From an uncultured Nitrososphaerota archaeon (lineage in GTDB: Archaea > Thermoproteota > Nitrososphaeria > Conexivisphaerales > DTJL01), in contig CAWJIE010000003.1 of assembly GCA_963842885.1 (NCBI GenBank), positions 128,001 through 192,000 on the forward strand: 64,000 nt of DNA, given 5' to 3'. Under the pieces are notes generated by a model. The model had not been told where the DNA came from and ran no database searches. It saw only the letters and a list, made by a program, of their open reading frames with translations. Positions 1 through 10,215 of this stretch are shown piece by piece. Positions within the stretch are counted from its first letter, which is position 1; each line of letters opens with the position of its first letter. Made by a program: the position numbers and the translations under genes.

Positions 1-225
1 CTTCTGGTCTTCCTCCGATTCGTCACCGTCACGATCGGCGTGATCCTGGTATCGGTGGCCCTAGGCTCGACGCGCGATGTCGCCCATGAGCTTAGCAGGA
101 AGGTCATCTGGGCTCTGGGGACCATCTACGCGCTCGGCTTCCTCATCCAGTACGTCGGCCAGAACGTGACGAACGCCGCCGACGCCACCCTGTTGTCCAA
201 CCTCGCCCCCGCGCTCATGATATTA
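1..225 (+). pseudogene. EamA/DMT-family transporter, partial (runs off the window; similarity ends at about 225)
   Basis: Frame 1 reads LLVFLRFVTVTIG...GFLIQYVGQNVTNAADATLLSNLAPALMILL, typical of the first EamA repeat; the sequence degenerates where repeat half A begins. Confidence 0.6.
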
Positions 226-235
226 TTGGATGTCC

Positions 236-265
236 ATTGCTGCTGGAAAGGATTACGATGTCCTC
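236..265 (+). repeat. Dispersed repeat, half A copy
   Basis: ATTGCTGCTGGAAAGGATTACGATGTCCTC; aligns with 47611, 48001 and the reverse complement of 61205-61230. Confidence 0.6.
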
Positions 266-958
266 CTAACTCGTCCGCAGAGGAAGCTTGTCGAAGGCCT
301 TCATGATTATCATCAGACCTGCGAAAACGGTGTCGAACTTCCTGTCCATCTCGCTCTCCAGCCTATCGAACTTCATCTCCCAATAGATGAGCTGGAGGAC
401 GGGGTTGAGCATGCCTGTGCGACTCTTGAGCTCCCACTTCCTCCTGATCACCAGCTCCACCAACTGCTTTCTCGCTTCGCTGAGGGGGCCAAAGACGAAG
501 TTGTAAGCCCTTATCTCGTCGTCAGCGCTTGTGCACCTGTCGTTCAGCAAGTTGTTCATCTCCACCAGTTTCATCGCTTGGATGTCTGCGGGTGCCCCCT
601 GCTCGAGGACCGGCCCGACTGGCCGAAGGGACTTTTCGGGTTTCTCCTTCCCCTCTTTCTGGGCTTTACTAATCTCGGCCAACGTTTTATCCATCGACCT
701 TAGCTGGTCCTTCGAGGCCATGTTACCCTCCATCTCTTCCATTTGATCCGTCAGGTCCCTAAAGTCCTGAGCCAAAGCCATCCTTTGCTCAGTCACCTTC
801 TCCTCCACGACAGCCTTATGCCCTCGCGGCACTCCTCTCAAGGTTGGAATCAGCGTGGTATAAGGGGCTTCGAGTATCTTCCCTATTTCGCGATACGTAT
901 AGCCAGCCTTCCTCAGCGCTATTGCTCTCGCCTTCTGCTCCTTGGTTAGTCGGGGCAT
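266..958 (-). CDS. N-terminal HTH plus coiled-coil hypothetical protein
   Basis: MPRLTKEQKARAIALRKAGYTYREIGKILEAPYTTL is an HTH pattern, followed by heptad-rich helices; ATG at 958 chosen. Confidence 0.65.
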   Translation of the reverse strand: MPRLTKEQKARAIALRKAGYTYREIGKILEAPYTTLIPTLRGVPRGHKAVVEEKVTEQRMALAQDFRDLTDQMEEMEGNMASKDQLRSMDKTLAEISKAQKEGKEKPEKSLRPVGPVLEQGAPADIQAMKLVEMNNLLNDRCTSADDEIRAYNFVFGPLSEARKQLVELVIRRKWELKSRTGMLNPVLQLIYWEMKFDRLESEMDRKFDTVFAGLMIIMKAFDKLPLRTS

Positions 959-1364
959 CTCCGTACTAATAGAGAGTACGGAATCGCTTCCTATAAAGCT
1001 ATTCCCGGTCCTGTGAGACAGAACCCTCCCGTATGGCAGCTGGGGATGATTCTTGGTACATATGTACGGCCAGAGCAGAGGCAACAGCTGTGAATATGAC
1101 ACCCCAGAACAACAGGATGGGAGGCTATCCGCTTGCAAGAGCTCGTAGGGACAAGCTCACCGGTCCTGGAATTCCGGTTCGCCGAAGACCCTCGCCTTCG
1201 AGACATTCGCGGGCACGAGCAACTTGACCGAGTCCCTCTGGGGCCCCTTTGTGCTGAGCCTGCGGGACGCATTCGTCGTCTCTTCAGTCATGATGGGACC
1301 CGCCGTCGTATTCTCTTGGATAAGAGACACGAAAAAGGTTGGGACGGCCCCCTCGCCCGACGAC

Positions 1365-2054
1365 CTAGGCCTGGCTGCCTTCGTCCACCAGTCGCCTTGC
1401 GGTCTCGAAGACGGCCAGCCACTGATCCCATTTCAGCTTGCCCGTCTGGGTATTCTGCCTGCTCGGATGATATGATGCAACGAGCACGGGCTTTCCGGGG
1501 CCCATGTCGTAGGCCGCTCCGTGACGAAACTTCAGCTTCCGATTGGGGCCATACAGTTTTAGGTAGTTCTGGAAGGCAAGCCTCCCCAGGGTGACCACCA
1601 CCGCTACGTCCTCCAGCAGTTTGAGCTCCTCGACGAGGAACCCGAGGCTTCCGTTGATCTCTGCGGGAGTGGGCTTGTTCTTCGGAGGGGCGCATCGGAC
1701 TAGCGCCGTCACGAACGCGCCCTTCAGCCTCAGGCCGTCGTCTCTGCTGACGCTGGTGGGCCTGTTGGCGAATCCGGTCAGGTGCAGCGCCTTTATGAGC
1801 CAGTCCCCGGACGAATCTCCCGTGAACATTCTCCCCGTCCTGTTCCCGCCGTGCAGTGCAGGTGCGAGGCCCACTATCAGCAGCCTTGCGTACGGGTCCC
1901 CGAATCCCGGCACGGGCTTCCCCCAGTATTCCTGGTCCCGGTAGCGCCTCACCTTCTTCTTTGAAGCTGCTTCGATGTAGGCGAGCAGTCTAGGGCAACA
2001 CTTCGATTCCACCACCCTCTTCTCGAGCGCCTCAATGTCGGCCTCTCGCGTCAA
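1365..2054 (-). CDS. udgB: Uracil-DNA glycosylase family 5 (UdgB)
   Basis: GLAPALHGGNRTGRMFTGD and YHPSRQN motifs; Fe-S cysteines. Confidence 0.9.
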   Translation of the reverse strand: MTREADIEALEKRVVESKCCPRLLAYIEAASKKKVRRYRDQEYWGKPVPGFGDPYARLLIVGLAPALHGGNRTGRMFTGDSSGDWLIKALHLTGFANRPTSVSRDDGLRLKGAFVTALVRCAPPKNKPTPAEINGSLGFLVEELKLLEDVAVVVTLGRLAFQNYLKLYGPNRKLKFRHGAAYDMGPGKPVLVASYHPSRQNTQTGKLKWDQWLAVFETARRLVDEGSQA

Positions 2055-2075
2055 TTTGAGCGCCCTCCCTGGGAC

Positions 2076-2867
2076 CTATTCCACAAGCCGGCGCGGCTCG
2101 ATCAACCTGGCCCAGAGATAGACTCCGATGACGAACGCCACCAGATAGACACCACTCAGCTCGAGGTTGAACGACAACGTGCTGGCGAAGTTGCCCGTGG
2201 CCGTGCCCAGCACGATGGCCACCAGAGGGACCAAGAGCACGCCCGCCATCTGCTGCGCTTCCTTGAAGCCCTTCGAGAGCGAAGAGATCCAGGAGATCAC
2301 CGCGACGCTGGCCAAGCTCAGGCACGGGACGACCAATACCAGCGCGGAGAACCAGGCGGCGTTGGGGAGGAGGTCCACACCCGCCTGGGCAGAGTAGGTC
2401 GATACCAACGCCCAGTAGATGGTGGCCGAAAGCCAAGTCGAGAGGATAGCCAGTGAGACGGGGGCCAGCGTCTTCCCGACGAATATCGTCTGCAGAGACA
2501 CGGGCTCGGAGACGAGGCCTTCCGCCGTCTTCCGCTCCTTCTCCCCCGCGAAACTGTCCGACGCCAGCACGATAACGCTGGCGGTGGGCATGAGCAGGAA
2601 GAGGGGGAGGGTCACAACGGTGAAGAGATACCAGTAGATACCCGACCTCGGCCCAAGGGCGGCGACGGCCTGACCGAGCACCGGGGGCATGAACCGCGTG
2701 TCCTGGATGACGAGGGAGGAGGGCACCGCGCCAAGGAAGAGCGAGACGAGCGAAGGGACGGCGACGGCCATCATGATGGGCAGGATGAACACGGTTAGAA
2801 TGAGGGTCCTGCTCGCGAAGTACTCCTTGATGTCCTTGGCGGCGATGGCGAGAGCCTGATTGAGCAA
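2076..2867 (-). CDS. ABC-2 type exporter permease
   Basis: About 6 TM helices; DSFAGEKERKTAEGL motif. Confidence 0.85.
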   Translation of the reverse strand: MLNQALAIAAKDIKEYFASRTLILTVFILPIMMAVAVPSLVSLFLGAVPSSLVIQDTRFMPPVLGQAVAALGPRSGIYWYLFTVVTLPLFLLMPTASVIVLASDSFAGEKERKTAEGLVSEPVSLQTIFVGKTLAPVSLAILSTWLSATIYWALVSTYSAQAGVDLLPNAAWFSALVLVVPCLSLASVAVISWISSLSKGFKEAQQMAGVLLVPLVAIVLGTATGNFASTLSFNLELSGVYLVAFVIGVYLWARLIEPRRLVE

Positions 2868-3780
2868 CTACCTGCCGCCTCCCTCGTAGCTTATTTCACC
2901 GGGCTCCACCGAGACGGGCTGAAGCCCTCCTTCTATCATGGCCTCGATCATGGAGGGGATATCGGCCTTGCTCGAGACGCTGACCAGGAACTCGCCTACA
3001 GCCGCACTGCCATCTAGCCTAAGGTTGAATGTCGCCAGGGCAGATCTTATCGCGGAGGGCTGCGCGGGGGCCAGAAGCTTCACCCTCACGCTGTCGTAGG
3101 GTCGCAGGACATCGTCGAAGGCGCCGCTGGCCGCGATCCTCCCTCCCTTCATAAGCAGCACGGAATCAGAGATCCTTCGTGCCAGGTACGCGTTATGCGT
3201 GGTCATGATGACCGAGGCTCCCTCCTGAGCTGCTTCACGGATGGAGCGTATGACCAGCTCAGAGCCGTCAGGGTCGAGCCCTGAAGTTGGCTCGTCAAGG
3301 AGGAGGACGGGCGGCTTCCCGAACATCGTCCTCGCGAGCGCCAGCCTCTGCTTCATCCCCTTGGAGAACTTCTGTACTCCCATCTTCTCGAACCCCTCCA
3401 ACCCATACTTCTTCAGCAGCGTCATGGCCTCCTCCTTGAACGCGTCCCCCTGCATGCCACGCATCCTCGGCATGGAAGAGGATGTTGTCCAGCGCCGAAA
3501 GGCGCTCATAGAGGCCGGGCACCTCACCAAGATATCCGATCTTGCTCTTGGCCATGCTGCTCCCCGCAGGATGGTCCATCACGAACGCCTCCCCCTTACG
3601 CGGTCTAATCACTCCGACGAGCGTCCTCAGGAGCGTCGTCTTGCCGGCCCCGTTGGGACCAAGCACGACCGTCACGGTCGAGCCTGGGAAGATGTAACTC
3701 ATGTCCGAAAGGACATTGTTCGATCCCAGGGTGACGCTGAGATCACGAAGCACGACGGCCGCCGAAGAGTTCTCTGCCAT
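2868..3780 (-). CDS. ABC exporter ATP-binding subunit (frameshifted)
   Basis: Walker A GPNGAGKT in ORF 3295-3780; FSKGMKQRL and LLLDEPTSGLD in ORF 2868-3530. Confidence 0.85.
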
Positions 3781-3956
3781 GTGTTCGAATTCATTCTCGA
3801 CCTCCTCTCTCTATAAACGTTGACGGCGTTCACGCAGCGTCGCTCCTCGATGCGGCCAAAGATTGCTCAGAATGCAGGATCCCGCATGTCACGAATTTCT
3901 ATCCAGCGCGATCCCAGGGCAGGAGACCTCCACTTCGAGCCCGGAGGGATGGACCC

Positions 3957-4124
3957 TCATCTGTCCGCCGTCCGGTCCTCTTCCCAGAGCGCTAGGACGA
4001 TGCCGGCCACGGCCAGGAAGAAACCTACCATCGATATCTCCAGGGGAAGGGCGGGATTCGTTGCATGGATGACGATTAGGACGATGGCCAGAATCCAGAG
4101 CCACACGGGGCGGGGTATCTCCAT
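3957..4124 (-). CDS. Small 2-TM membrane protein (55 aa, not in ORF track)
   Basis: Hand translation MEIPRPVWLWILAIVLIVIHATNPALPLEISMVGFFLAVAGIVLALWEEDRTADR; ATG abuts the upstream stop. Confidence 0.6.
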   Translation of the reverse strand: MEIPRPVWLWILAIVLIVIHATNPALPLEISMVGFFLAVAGIVLALWEEDRTADR

Positions 4125-4610
4125 CTAGGAAGCGCCTTCCAGCTCGTTCCCCCAGAGCTGAGTCTCCTGGCGGCTGATCTGCTGACGGATTAGTATCACG
4201 AAAAGTATTGAGACCGTACCCAAGATGACCAGGTCCGCCGGCGGGACGACGACATGAAAGATCAGACCTGCGAAACCGGAATACACGACACCAATGCTGA
4301 AGACGATGAGGAAAAGCAACGAGAAGTCCTTGAAGACGAGCAGAGATATGCTGTTCTGCCCCTTCTTCGTCAGCCTGAAGGCGGTCTTTTCGGATTTCAC
4401 CTGCTCCAGGACGTAGCCGTCGTCCATCAGTTCGTGGAGCATCCGGTTGACGGGGCTCGCGTCCTTGTACCCCAGCTGCCTGGCCAGCTCGGAGATGCTG
4501 CCGCTGAAGCCCGACCTCTTCCATAGGAAGTACATCAGCTTGACCTTCGGATGCAGTAGTTCCATCGATGGGGCTCTCTTCATAGGCAGGTCTTCGATAC
4601 GGAGGCGCAC
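4125..4610 (-). CDS. Winged-HTH regulator with two C-terminal TM helices
   Basis: SISELARQLGY...VNRMLHELMDDGYV...FRLTKKG wHTH, then two hydrophobic segments. Confidence 0.7.
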   Translation of the reverse strand: MRLRIEDLPMKRAPSMELLHPKVKLMYFLWKRSGFSGSISELARQLGYKDASPVNRMLHELMDDGYVLEQVKSEKTAFRLTKKGQNSISLLVFKDFSLLFLIVFSIGVVYSGFAGLIFHVVVPPADLVILGTVSILFVILIRQQISRQETQLWGNELEGAS

Positions 4611-4681
4611 TAAAGACCCTTACGCGAAAAAACGGATGACGTTCTTGTCTAAGACATTGCAGGCTGCGGCCGAGTCCTAGG

Positions 4682-5074
4682 TCAGATCCATATCGTGGGG
4701 GGCTTCCCGAGCTTCTTGAGCGCAGGGTCGTCAGTCACACACGTCGCGGCAAGCGCGATTGCCGTCGCCGCGATCATGGACTGCGGCCCCGAGAGCCCCT
4801 GGCTGGCCTGCAGAGAGGCGGCGATGGTGGCGACCTCGGCATCGACCGCCTTGACCTTGAAGTCCTGCTGCATGAGGGAGCTCCTCGAATCGGCCACCTG
4901 CTTGCCATCGGCCTCCGTAGAGATCTTGTGCACTTCGATCAAGGTGATGACGGAGATCCACTTCGGTGCCGAGCTCTGGGCCAGCCTCTTCAGGAGCCTC
5001 GTCCTGACGGCATCCTTGGAGTAGAAGAGCTGGACGAAATAGCTGGTGTCGAAGACTAGCGCTCTTCCGGTCAA
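4682..5074 (-). CDS. vapC: VapC-like PIN-domain toxin
   Basis: VFDTS...ISVITLIEV...MIAATA...VTDD PIN pattern; overlaps the antitoxin stop. Confidence 0.85.
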   Translation of the reverse strand: MTGRALVFDTSYFVQLFYSKDAVRTRLLKRLAQSSAPKWISVITLIEVHKISTEADGKQVADSRSSLMQQDFKVKAVDAEVATIAASLQASQGLSGPQSMIAATAIALAATCVTDDPALKKLGKPPTIWI

Positions 5075-5289
5075 TCCTCGTCTCTGATCCTGTAGAGGAT
5101 CTTGAGCGCGTCTTCTAGAGAAGCGCGTCCGGTCCCCGCCAGGTCGAGGGTGGAGGTCTTCTTCTTCAACAGAATACCGTCCGCATAGGCAAGCGCCTCA
5201 AGCTTGGTACCTTCCTCTATCTTGAACTTCGTCCTCAGGTCTTTAGGTATGGTCGTCTGCCCCCGCCGGGTGACCACCACTTCTGTCAT
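5071..5289 (-). CDS. vapB: AbrB/MazE-type antitoxin
   Basis: VTRRGQTTIPKDLRTKFKIEEG AbrB motif. Confidence 0.85.
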   Translation of the reverse strand: MTEVVVTRRGQTTIPKDLRTKFKIEEGTKLEALAYADGILLKKKTSTLDLAGTGRASLEDALKILYRIRDED

Positions 5290-5426
5290 GGTAGTATCCT
5301 CTGCAATTCCTACTTTTAAGAATTCCTACTCGTTAAGCATCGTACTCTACTCTAGTCCGTCTCCTTGTCAATACTATTAGCTTCCAGACGGAATAACCAG
5401 GAATAGGATGCAGGGCTCTGGGGCCA

Positions 5427-6815
5427 CTACACGGGGCTGTCGAAGAAATTGACGCCCTTGACGTTGGTGAACTCGCGTATGCCGAACTTGGATATCTCCC
5501 GTCCATATCCCGACTCCTTCACGCCGCCGAAAGGCATCCTCGGGTCCGACTTGACCAACCCGTTGACGAAGATTACCCCGGCGTCGAGCCTCGCCGCCAT
5601 CCGGGCGGCCCTTCCCGCATCCTTCGTCCAGACGGCTGCCCCCAGCCCGTAGGCCGTGCTGTTGGCCCACTCCGCCGCCTCCGAATCGTCCTTGACCCTG
5701 ACCAGTGGCGCGACGGGGCCGAACACCTCTTCGTAGAGCACCTTCATCTTAATGCTGAAGTTCTCGAGCACCGTGGGCTGGAAGAAGTATCCGCTTCCCG
5801 CCATGCGCTTCCCGCCGTAGGTGATCTTCGCCCCCTTGCGCACTGCGTCCCTGACCTGAGACTCCACGACCCTGAGCTGCGCCTCTCTTACGAGTGGTCC
5901 GACGTCCGTCATCGGATCCAGCGGGTCACCAACGATATATGAGGAGACCTCCCGGACGAAGAGGTCCCTGAACTCTTCGTAGACCGAGTCCATGATGATG
6001 AAACGTTTGGCGTTGATGCAGCTCTGGCCCGAGTTGATCAGCCTGGATTCCGCCCCGGCCTCGGCCGCCGCCTTAAGGTCGGCGTCGTCCAGCACGATGA
6101 AGGGATCGCTCCCTCCTAGCTCCATGACGCTCTTCTTCGTGTACCTCCCAGCCAGGGCTCCGATCGCGGAGCCTGCGGCGTTGCTGCCAGTGAAGGAGAC
6201 ACCCTTGACCAGGGGCGAAGCGATCACGTCCTGGATAACCTTGTGGCCGGTCAGGATGACCTTGAAGACCCCGTCCGGGAAGCCCGCCTCCTTGAACACT
6301 TCCTGGAGAAGCAGCGCGGACCCGGGGACGATGTTCGAATGCCTAAGCAGCACGGCGTTCCCGGCCATCACGGTCGGGATTGCGAACCTCAAGGCCTGCC
6401 ACGAAGGGAAGTTCCAAGGTTCCACGCCGAGGATGACCCCCAGGGGTTCGAAGCTGACCTGACTCCTGCGCGCATCGGTCTCCACGGCCTCCGCCTCGAG
6501 CCACCTTTCACCCTCCCTAGCCACGACTTCGGCCGTCCAGGCACACTTTTCGACCTCGGCCTGCGACTGTTTGATGGGTTTGCCCATCTCATGCGTCATA
6601 ATCCGGGCGAGCTTCTCCCGCTCCCTGCGGAGGGAACCCGCCAGGGACCTCAGAAGCTCGGCGCGATCCTCGAAACTTACCTCCTTCCAGGAGGCAAAGG
6701 CGTCCGAGGAGTCCCTCGCGTAGCGGAGACATGTCTGAGGCTCCATCAATATGTACGACTCGAGCCTTCCCCCGGTCGAGGGATTGAGAGTCCAGAACTC
6801 TTCGGAAAAGCTCAT
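5427..6815 (-). CDS. NAD(P)-dependent succinate-semialdehyde dehydrogenase / aldehyde dehydrogenase
   Basis: PWNFP, FTGS, MELGGSDP, NSGQSCINAK, EEVFGPV and PFGGVKESGYGRE motifs. Confidence 0.9.
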   Translation of the reverse strand: MSFSEEFWTLNPSTGGRLESYILMEPQTCLRYARDSSDAFASWKEVSFEDRAELLRSLAGSLRREREKLARIMTHEMGKPIKQSQAEVEKCAWTAEVVAREGERWLEAEAVETDARRSQVSFEPLGVILGVEPWNFPSWQALRFAIPTVMAGNAVLLRHSNIVPGSALLLQEVFKEAGFPDGVFKVILTGHKVIQDVIASPLVKGVSFTGSNAAGSAIGALAGRYTKKSVMELGGSDPFIVLDDADLKAAAEAGAESRLINSGQSCINAKRFIIMDSVYEEFRDLFVREVSSYIVGDPLDPMTDVGPLVREAQLRVVESQVRDAVRKGAKITYGGKRMAGSGYFFQPTVLENFSIKMKVLYEEVFGPVAPLVRVKDDSEAAEWANSTAYGLGAAVWTKDAGRAARMAARLDAGVIFVNGLVKSDPRMPFGGVKESGYGREISKFGIREFTNVKGVNFFDSPV

Positions 6816-6875
6816 CTTAGTCTTGGTAGAGACGATGGCGATTTAAGCCTTGATGGCTTCGTCGCGCGCTTCCCT

Positions 6876-7430
6876 CTAGGAGGAGGACTCCGCGTCGGTG
6901 AGCAGCTCTTCCAGCACGTCGAAGGTCAGCTGCCTTCTGGACTCCTCCCTGAGGACATCGAGGTCGACTTCGGCGTTCCTCAGGACCGAGAGGACGTCCT
7001 GCCTGTCGAGGGACCTCCTGTCACCGTCCACCGTCACCTTGATCAGCCTGAGCTTCGACAGGAGAAGCCAGGTCGGGTCCTGAAGGAAGGCGTCCTCCCC
7101 CAAGACCTTGACGGGGCGTCGCGGCACCGGGTCCGCCGTCATCATGATGTCGAGGCGAAGACCGTCGCTGTCCTCGAAGGAGGCGATCCTGTATTTCGAG
7201 TCCCATGCCCGCTCCAGTGTCCCCTCCCTGACCTTCAACTTCGCCCTCCGCAGCACCTTCACCAAGCCGGGGAAGTCGGCGGGCGACGCGTGGATGATAA
7301 CGTCGACGTCAGAGGTCGTCCTCGGCCTTCCATAGTAGCTCACTGCAAGGGCGCCCGTGAGAGCGTATTCCAGCCCTCCCCTGTTGAGCTCCCTGATGAC
7401 ACGCTTCACAAAAGAATCGAACTTGACCAA
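6876..7430 (-). CDS. Nucleotidyltransferase (DUF6036/AbiEii-like)
   Basis: YALTGALAVSYYGRPRTTSDVD motif; LLLSKL...DRQD near the C-terminus. Confidence 0.75.
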   Translation of the reverse strand: MVKFDSFVKRVIRELNRGGLEYALTGALAVSYYGRPRTTSDVDVIIHASPADFPGLVKVLRRAKLKVREGTLERAWDSKYRIASFEDSDGLRLDIMMTADPVPRRPVKVLGEDAFLQDPTWLLLSKLRLIKVTVDGDRRSLDRQDVLSVLRNAEVDLDVLREESRRQLTFDVLEELLTDAESSS

Positions 7431-7433
7431 GGC

Positions 7434-7619
7434 TCATTCATCTGCCATCTCGCGGTCCCCCAGCCTGCGCCTGAAGATGGCCAGAAGCTCTTCGCGAGGG
7501 CAGCCCGGGTTCTGCTGCACCACGGCCTCCCAGCAGATGGACAGGGCCACGGACGACATCTCGATGGCCAACGAAAGGTTCCTTTCCTTGGAATCCCTTC
7601 CGGCGTTCGAGAACGTCAT
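7434..7619 (-). CDS. Small helical partner protein of the nucleotidyltransferase
   Basis: 61-aa ORF ending 3 nt upstream of the NTase; LAIEMS...QQNPGCPREELLAIFRRRL. Confidence 0.55.
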   Translation of the reverse strand: MTFSNAGRDSKERNLSLAIEMSSVALSICWEAVVQQNPGCPREELLAIFRRRLGDREMADE

Positions 7620-7990
7620 CGTTCTTCGTTCGGCACACCGTTCCTTTAACCGTTGCTGGGGGCATCGATGAGAGGGCTAGGCGGCGGTAGCGCGTCGAGA
7701 AGGTCACCTCCACCCGTCAGTCCTTCCGCATGCCCAGTTCCTCTGCCCCAGCTTCCGGACTTCTTGAACCCGAACCCCTTCTACGGCTCGGAGGTGCCAT
7801 TTCACAGCAGGCTAGCCGGGGTCCCGAGGTCTTCCAGGTGGACTGAGAAAGCTCCTCGCTGACGAAGCACCGTCCTCCTTCTTCGATGGAGCGACCATTA
7901 CGTTCCCTGGGCCCTTCATCGCCTTAAGAATGGCGGGGCCTTGGGTAGGACAAGTTATTAATACGTGACCGCGTTTGTGACAGAAGCGAT

Positions 7991-10083
7991 TTGCCCAAGT
8001 CGTTCGAAGAGCTCAGGACGTCGATCGCGGGGATTCCGCTCAAGAACCCCTTCCTCCTGGGGAGCGCTCCCCCAACTTGGGACGACGAACACATCATTCG
8101 GGCCGCCAAGCTTGGCTGGGCCGGCGCCGTCCACAAGACCATCGCCATCAAGGAGACGGAGGACCCCAGCCCGCGCATGTTCGCGCGGAAGTTCCTGGAG
8201 GACGTCGTTTCGGTTCAGAACATCGAACTCATAACGACCTATCCCAAGGAGCAGTGGGCCAAGTGGAACAAGCACATCAAGGCCGAGGCCCCGTCTGACT
8301 TCGTCCTCATCTCCTCTCTGATGGGCACCGGCGACCCCAACACCTGGACCGAGCCGCTGCAGGTGGCCCAGGAGAGCGGCGTCGACATGGTGGAGCTGAA
8401 CATGTCGTGCCCCCATGGCAGCCCCGAGCATGACATGGGTGCCGCCATCGGCCAGCACGCCGGACCTGGTGGAGCCCCTCGTCCGCCACATCAAGACGAT
8501 TCGCCAAGGTCCCCGTCATCGTCAAGCTGACACCCAACGTGACCTCCATCGTGCCGGTGGCCAGGGCCGCCCTCGCCGGCGGAGCCGACGCCCTGACCTT
8601 GACCAACACGCACGGCCCCGTCATGTCGGCCGTCGACGTCGAGAGCATGGTCCCCGCCCCCAATGTCCTGGGGAAGGGCGCCTTCGGCGGGATGTCGGGG
8701 CCCGCAGTCAAGCCCAACACGCTGAGGATCGTGGCCGAGGTCGCCAAGGCCCTCCCCGAGGCTGAGATATTCGCCATAGGCGGAGTGGAAGGGTGGCGCG
8801 ACGCCATGGAGTACATGGAACTGGGCGCCAGGGCCATCCAGATCGTGACGGGCGCCATGTTGCACGGCTACGATCTGATCGACGACCTCACGGTCGGGAC
8901 CCGCCAGTTCCTCCTTGAAGGAGGCTACGGCAGCGTCCTGGACGTCGTGGGGAAGGCCCTCCCCAACCTGGTGGCCCACTCCGACCTCTCATTCCAGGAT
9001 TGGATGAGGACATGGGTCAACCCGGCCGAATGCATCCCCTGCACGCGCTGCGTCACGACCTGTTCCGTCGTGGGCAGGAGCGCGATGACCATAGACCCAG
9101 TCCAGCTGGTCGCCCGATCCGACCCAGACGACTGCAAGGGATGCGGCCTCTGCGTCGGCGTCTGCCCGACCGGCGCCATCAAGATGCTCCCGGAGAAGGA
9201 GGCCAGGGAGCGATATCAGACGGTCAAGGCCATCTACCCGAAGGCCAGCTACTACTACCCGGAAACCATAGACGAGACCATCGCCGCCCTCCGACGCCAC
9301 GGGGCCGTCCTGAAGGCGGGCGGAACCGACCTCCTGATAAGGATGAAGCAGGGCATGATCTCGCCCACCTACGTCGTGGACCTGAAGAGCGTCAAGGGCC
9401 TCTCCTACATCAAGTCGAAGGACAAGAGCGTAGCTATAGGCACATCCACGACCATGAAGGAGCTCGCGGAGTCGAGGGTGCTCAAGGAGAAGCTTTCCGC
9501 CCTCCCCGAGACCGCCCTCAAGATGTCGGTGCAGGAGCTCCGGGAGGTCTCGACCCTCGGAGGGAACCTGTGCAACGCGTCCCCCGCTGCCGACACCGCC
9601 CCCGTCCTCCTCGCCCTCGAGGCGACCGTGAAGGCGATCGGGCCCAAGGGGAGCAGATCCATTCCGCTGGACTCCTTCTTCGTAGGACCAGGGAGGACCT
9701 CTCTCGAAGACAGCGAGCTGATTACGGAAGTCGAGGTACCTCTCCCTCCGGAGGGCACCGGCTTCGCTTTCGTGAAGGCCGGCAGGACCTACACCGACAT
9801 CGCCCAGGTCAACGTCGCGGCGTTGGTGCGAACGAAGGGAGGTGTCGTGGACTATTGCCGGATCGCGCTGGGTTCGGTCGCGCCCACTCCCATTAGGGCC
9901 AGGGGGGCCGAAGCCCTGCTGCTCGGCAAGAAGCTGGACGCCGCATCCGTCAGGGAGACAGCCAAGGCGGTCGTGAACGAAATCAACCCCATCAGCGACT
10001 CAAGAGGCACGGCCAAACAACGCCGCGACACGGCAGAGCTCCTGACAAGAAGGGCTCTGCTCCAGGCAGGCGGGCTGCTCTAG
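7991..10083 (+). CDS. Dihydropyrimidine dehydrogenase PreA-like (FMN barrel plus 2x[4Fe-4S]) fused to a CoxM/XdhB-type FAD-binding domain; two indels at about 8457 and 8501
   Basis: LKNPFLLGSAPP, ELNMSCPH, GGMSGPAVKP, CIPCTRC and CKGCGLCVGVCP, then AGGTDL, TLGGNLCNASPAAD and PISDSRG in one frame from 8539. Confidence 0.85.
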
Positions 10084-10215
10084 GCTCGCCCCTCCTTTTC
10101 TCTCACATGTAACCTAGCGGGAGCTTGGCACCCAGGCCCCGCCGGCCCTTCCTCCATGTGCAATAAGGTTAAAGCCGAGGGGGGTGTCCGCGTTGGCCAT
10201 CGGAGCCCAAGCCAG

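Noticed and set aside
312-4275. ATCAGACCTGCGAAA at about 312 and 4261 resembling half B
   Set aside because: Both lie inside coding regions (FAGL codons on the minus strand) and lack the GGCTTGG flank; probably coincidental.
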